59,270 bases of DNA from Spongospora subterranea f. sp. subterranea (taxonomy: Eukaryota). A program made the position numbers and the translations under genes. The notes under the pieces were generated by a model, which saw only the letters and a program-made list of their open reading frames with translations, searched no databases and was not told where the DNA came from. The stretch is from positions 1 to 59,270 of the forward strand of contig JAUGWO010000077.1 of assembly GCA_049724395.1 (NCBI GenBank), in the 5' to 3' direction. Positions 55,752-59,270 of the stretch are shown in pieces; within the stretch, counting starts at the first letter, position 1; every line of letters starts with the position of its first letter.

Positions 55752-58700
55752 TGAATTAACGACAGGTGCATACAAGAAAAAGAGTGAAGTTTATTATCCC
55801 ATTGGTTGGGTCGAGTACAGGATCATAAATGATTTACGATCAGTCACCTGTATCAACAACGGTTCCAGTCTGACATGCACTTTATTAAAAGTTTAACTAA
55901 CTTTAAAATAAATTTAGTCTTTGAAAATTTAAAAAAAAAATTATCTCCAAACTCCGAATCACACCGATTTCTCAACGAAGGGGCATGACTGGAACCGTTG
56001 TTGATACAGGTGACTGATCGTAAATCATTTATGATCCTGTACTCGACCCACATGAGAAATCGGTGGGCTGTGCTTGAACTTGTGATTCGGAGTTTGGAGA
56101 TTTTTGATTCTTGCAGAGATTATCGCGATGTAGCTCGAAGCTCGGCGGCGGTAGCGGCTTAGTGAGCAGGTCGGCGATCATCGTCTCCGTTGGGCAGTAG
56201 CATATCTCGGCTCGTCCATGTTCGATCGCTTGCCTGATGAAATGGTAACGGACGTCAATATGCTTGGTCCGCTGATTGTTGCTATTATTCTGCTCTAGGA
56301 ACATTGCCCCTTGATTGTCTTGATAAAGAACTGTGTGTTTTCTATCGATCGTTTGAAGTTCTTCTAATATGTCTTGAAACCATATTATTTCTTTCATTGC
56401 ATCAGAAGCGGCCATGTATTCGGCCTCGGTGGTGGATAGTGCAACAGATGCTTGCTTCTTGCTTTTCCACGAAACGATATTATCTTCAATTGTCAGTATC
56501 CATCCAGTGATAGATTTCCTGTCTTGTTTGTCGTTCGCGTAATCGCTATCCGCCCAGCATTTCATCTTGAAATTTTGATCATATCTAATGCCGATTTCTG
56601 ACGTTGAGTTCAGGTACTTGATAATCTTCTGAATCGTTCTCCATAAAGATTTAGTTGGCTTGGGTACGTGTCTGCTCACATTGTTTACCGCGAACGCGAT
56701 GTCTAGTCTGGTCGTGTTCGACAGGTACATTAAGCTTCCAATCGCTTCTCTGATCGAATAGTTGCCGTCAATTTCTTCCGCTGGGTCAGGTTCGTAGGTC
56801 TTTGGCATCGGGATCTTGACATCTTTGCAATTGTCTTGACCGAACTGTTTCACGAGTTTCTTTGTGTAGATCTTCCGATCAAGTGTGATGCCATTGTTGT
56901 CGTAAGTTGCTTGAACTCCTAGGAATTCTTTCAACTTGCCCAGGTCCTTCAATCTGAAACTTTTGTTCATCGTCGTGGTGATGTTCTTGATCTCGCTTGC
57001 GTCATTTCCTGTAATCAGTATGTCGTCGACATAAACAGCAATTATCGTCTTGATATGGTTCTTGATTTTGAACCATATGCAGGGTTCCTTCTGCGATTGT
57101 TCATAGTGTTGTGCCTTAATCAGGTTGAAAAGTGCTTCTTGCCAAGCACGTCCCGACTGCTTCAGGCCGTATAGGGCTTTTTTGAGTAAACAGACTTTGT
57201 CGTTGTCCCTCCCCTGCGCAACAAAGCCCTCAGGTTGTTCGATGAAAATTGGAGTGAAGAGCGGTGCGTTTGAATACGCTGTTTTGAAATCTTTCTGGTG
57301 AATATTCCAGCCGTTGTTAACGGCGATGCAAGAGTCGGAATGATGTCATAGCAAGCACTGACGAAGAAGTTTTGTCAAAATCGATTCCAGATCTTTGTGA
57401 GTAACCTTTTGCTACGAATCGAGCCTTGTATTTCATCGTTCCGTCCAGGTCCGACTTTGTTGTAAAAATCCACCTTCCTTTGATTGCCTTGGCGTTTGGT
57501 GGTAGTCGCGTCAGCGTCCAAGTATCGTTTTCCTGGTGCGATGCCATTTCTTGCTCTGCTGCTGGTTGCCATTCGCGAGCATCTGAGCGCGACATTGCTT
57601 CCTTGTAGGTTTTCGGAAATTCATTCAGGGTGTGATGAAGTTCAAATCCGTGATCGTCAATGATTGCCAGTGGGTTTGGATCTTCATGTAAACCAAATGC
57701 CTCTTAATGTAATTCCAGAATAGCCTCTTCGTCGAATTGCACGTCTCGTCTTACGATTATCGAAGTGTTGTTCGACGGTCTAAGTATGTATCCCTTTTGA
57801 TATGGTGCATAACCTAGAATTTGCATCTCAATGACGTAGGATGAAGTGAATCTCTCATGGTGGACTCAATATGCGCATATGCTGTACACCCGAATGGTCT
57901 CAAGTGCTTGACATTTGGCTTGACGTTCATCCATAATTCAAAAGGGGTTTTCCATTGGATTCGTCGCGTCGGTAGTCGATTCAGCGTGTACGTAGAGTAC
58001 TGTACCGCAAATGGTCAATAAATGTGGTCAATCTTGGCTTCGATCAGCGCGCAGCGTGTCATTTTCAAGATGGTCTGATTACGTCTTTCCGCTTGACCGT
58101 TCTTTAGGACAGCGAGGTACAGTGCCTTGGTGTTTGATGTTCTTTTGTAAAAAAAATGCACTCATCTGTTGATTGACATATTCGGATCCATTGTCAGTTA
58201 ACAAGGTGGTGAGGGCGAAGTTTCGTCTCAGCTTGAGCAATCGATAATGAACAGTTTCATCGCCTCTAAGACTTCGTCAGCGCTCTTGTGCTTTAGAAAC
58301 TTGACCCATGTCCAGGTTGAGTATAAGCAGTTGATTGTAATGTAGTATCTGTATCCTTCCTTGCTTGGAACCAGGAATGGTCCTTTGAGGTCAGAAGAAA
58401 CAATTTCAAATGCCCTTGTTGGTTTTGTCCGGCGTTCCTGTGGGAATGATTGTTTCCGTGACTTTCCATGGGCACAGCTTTCGCAGATTTGTCGTTCTTG
58501 CGGTGTGATCTTGACGCCTTCGGTGGATTCTTGTAAATGCTTCAGTCTCTCGTTCGACGTGGTCAAATCGTCGGTGCGCTAGCTCCATACTGATTGTGGC
58601 ATTTGTCTCTTGAACGACGTGATTTGAAATGTAGTGGAGGTCGTTGTGCTTGTGCGCCCTAACGATAACCTTTCCATCTTGATCCTTGATATGAAGAGTG

Positions 58701-59270
58701 TCTTTAATGACTACAATTAAGCCTTGATCAGTAAAGGATTTGGTTGCTAGCAGTGTCTTTGTTTTTGCATTCGACCCTGCTAAAGCCAGGACAGACGCAG
58801 GTACCTTTTTGAGATGCAATTGATTATACAATATTCGGAACATATAGTACGTCGTGAATTACTATTTTTGGGCAGTAATTCAATGTCAGCATTCCTTGTC
58901 CGTTACGGTGACGATTTTTCGCCGTTGCTACTGCTTACTAGAATCGGGGTTTCCAATTCTTTATAGCTATGCAGGATGTTCTTGTCCTTGGTCATGCTTG
59001 CATTAGCGCCACTGTCGACTAGGTATGCAATTTTAGTCGAAAAACTTTGGGTAGTCGTATGAAATTCTGTGAACTCCTGTTCCTTTTCGTCTTCAGTGGT
59101 TGTTGTATTGTTCGAACGGCGGTTGGTTATGTTTTGTATCTTCAGGAGCGGATGAAGTAGCCAGCATTCTTCGTTCGAATGCGCTCGTCTACAACGGGTG
59201 CAATACTTGCCGTTATTGTAGTTATTGCCTCTGTCGTTGTTGTTGTTGTTCTTTTCCTTATGCCTCTTCG
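55752..59270 (-). mobile_element. Degenerate Ty1/Copia element B (runs off the window end); 3' LTR 55875-55752
   Basis: Copia domain order: knuckle CTRCRRAHSNEEC, protease LVDSGA, HRRFDH..CESC, integrase SDLKGP/TDNGSEY, RT YKARFVAKG/LYGLKQ/YVDD, RNase H ADSDYA/EAEY/DNQGA/ADLLTK. Stops and frameshifts present. Confidence 0.97.
55807..56050. repeat. 64-bp perfect inverted repeat (55807-55870 and 55987-56050)
   Basis: tgggtcgagtac...ggttccagtc and its exact reverse complement, with a 116-bp spacer. Confidence 0.97.

Noticed and set aside
55807..56050. Independent MITE insertion
   Set aside because: No TSD. The arms are LTR-B sequence and the spacer contains inverted Copia 3' sequence.

Overview
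Gene-dense eukaryotic genomic DNA with short GT-AG introns. It comes from a flagellated protist (DNAI7/CASC1, RSPH3, PPIL6). The compact layout suggests a plasmodiophorid-type plant parasite, but that is an unverified impression. Housekeeping blocks are TMEM135; DNAI7, AlaRS, PARG-like, MYG1; CIAO2B, CLP1, RSPH3, C1orf74-like, vWA-like, PPIL6, class-3 lipase; and an importin-beta-like gene. They alternate with transposon islands at about 2.7-4.9, 18-27.6 and 50-59 kb. The islands hold hAT remnants, a TIR-bounded Harbinger-like element with a 46-bp array, a piggyBac-like remnant with a YqaJ nuclease domain, an inverted duplication of a GCM-like domain, two Copia families and two orphan secreted proteins. 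An 80-bp satellite lies at 43.3-46.7 kb. The most notable items are a multi-exon PARG homolog that has lost both active-site loops and has a PB1-like N-terminus, and the YqaJ-within-piggyBac architecture. Several conserved genes carry 1-2 nt homopolymer frameshifts, probably assembly errors. All family calls are from recalled motifs; no searches were run.
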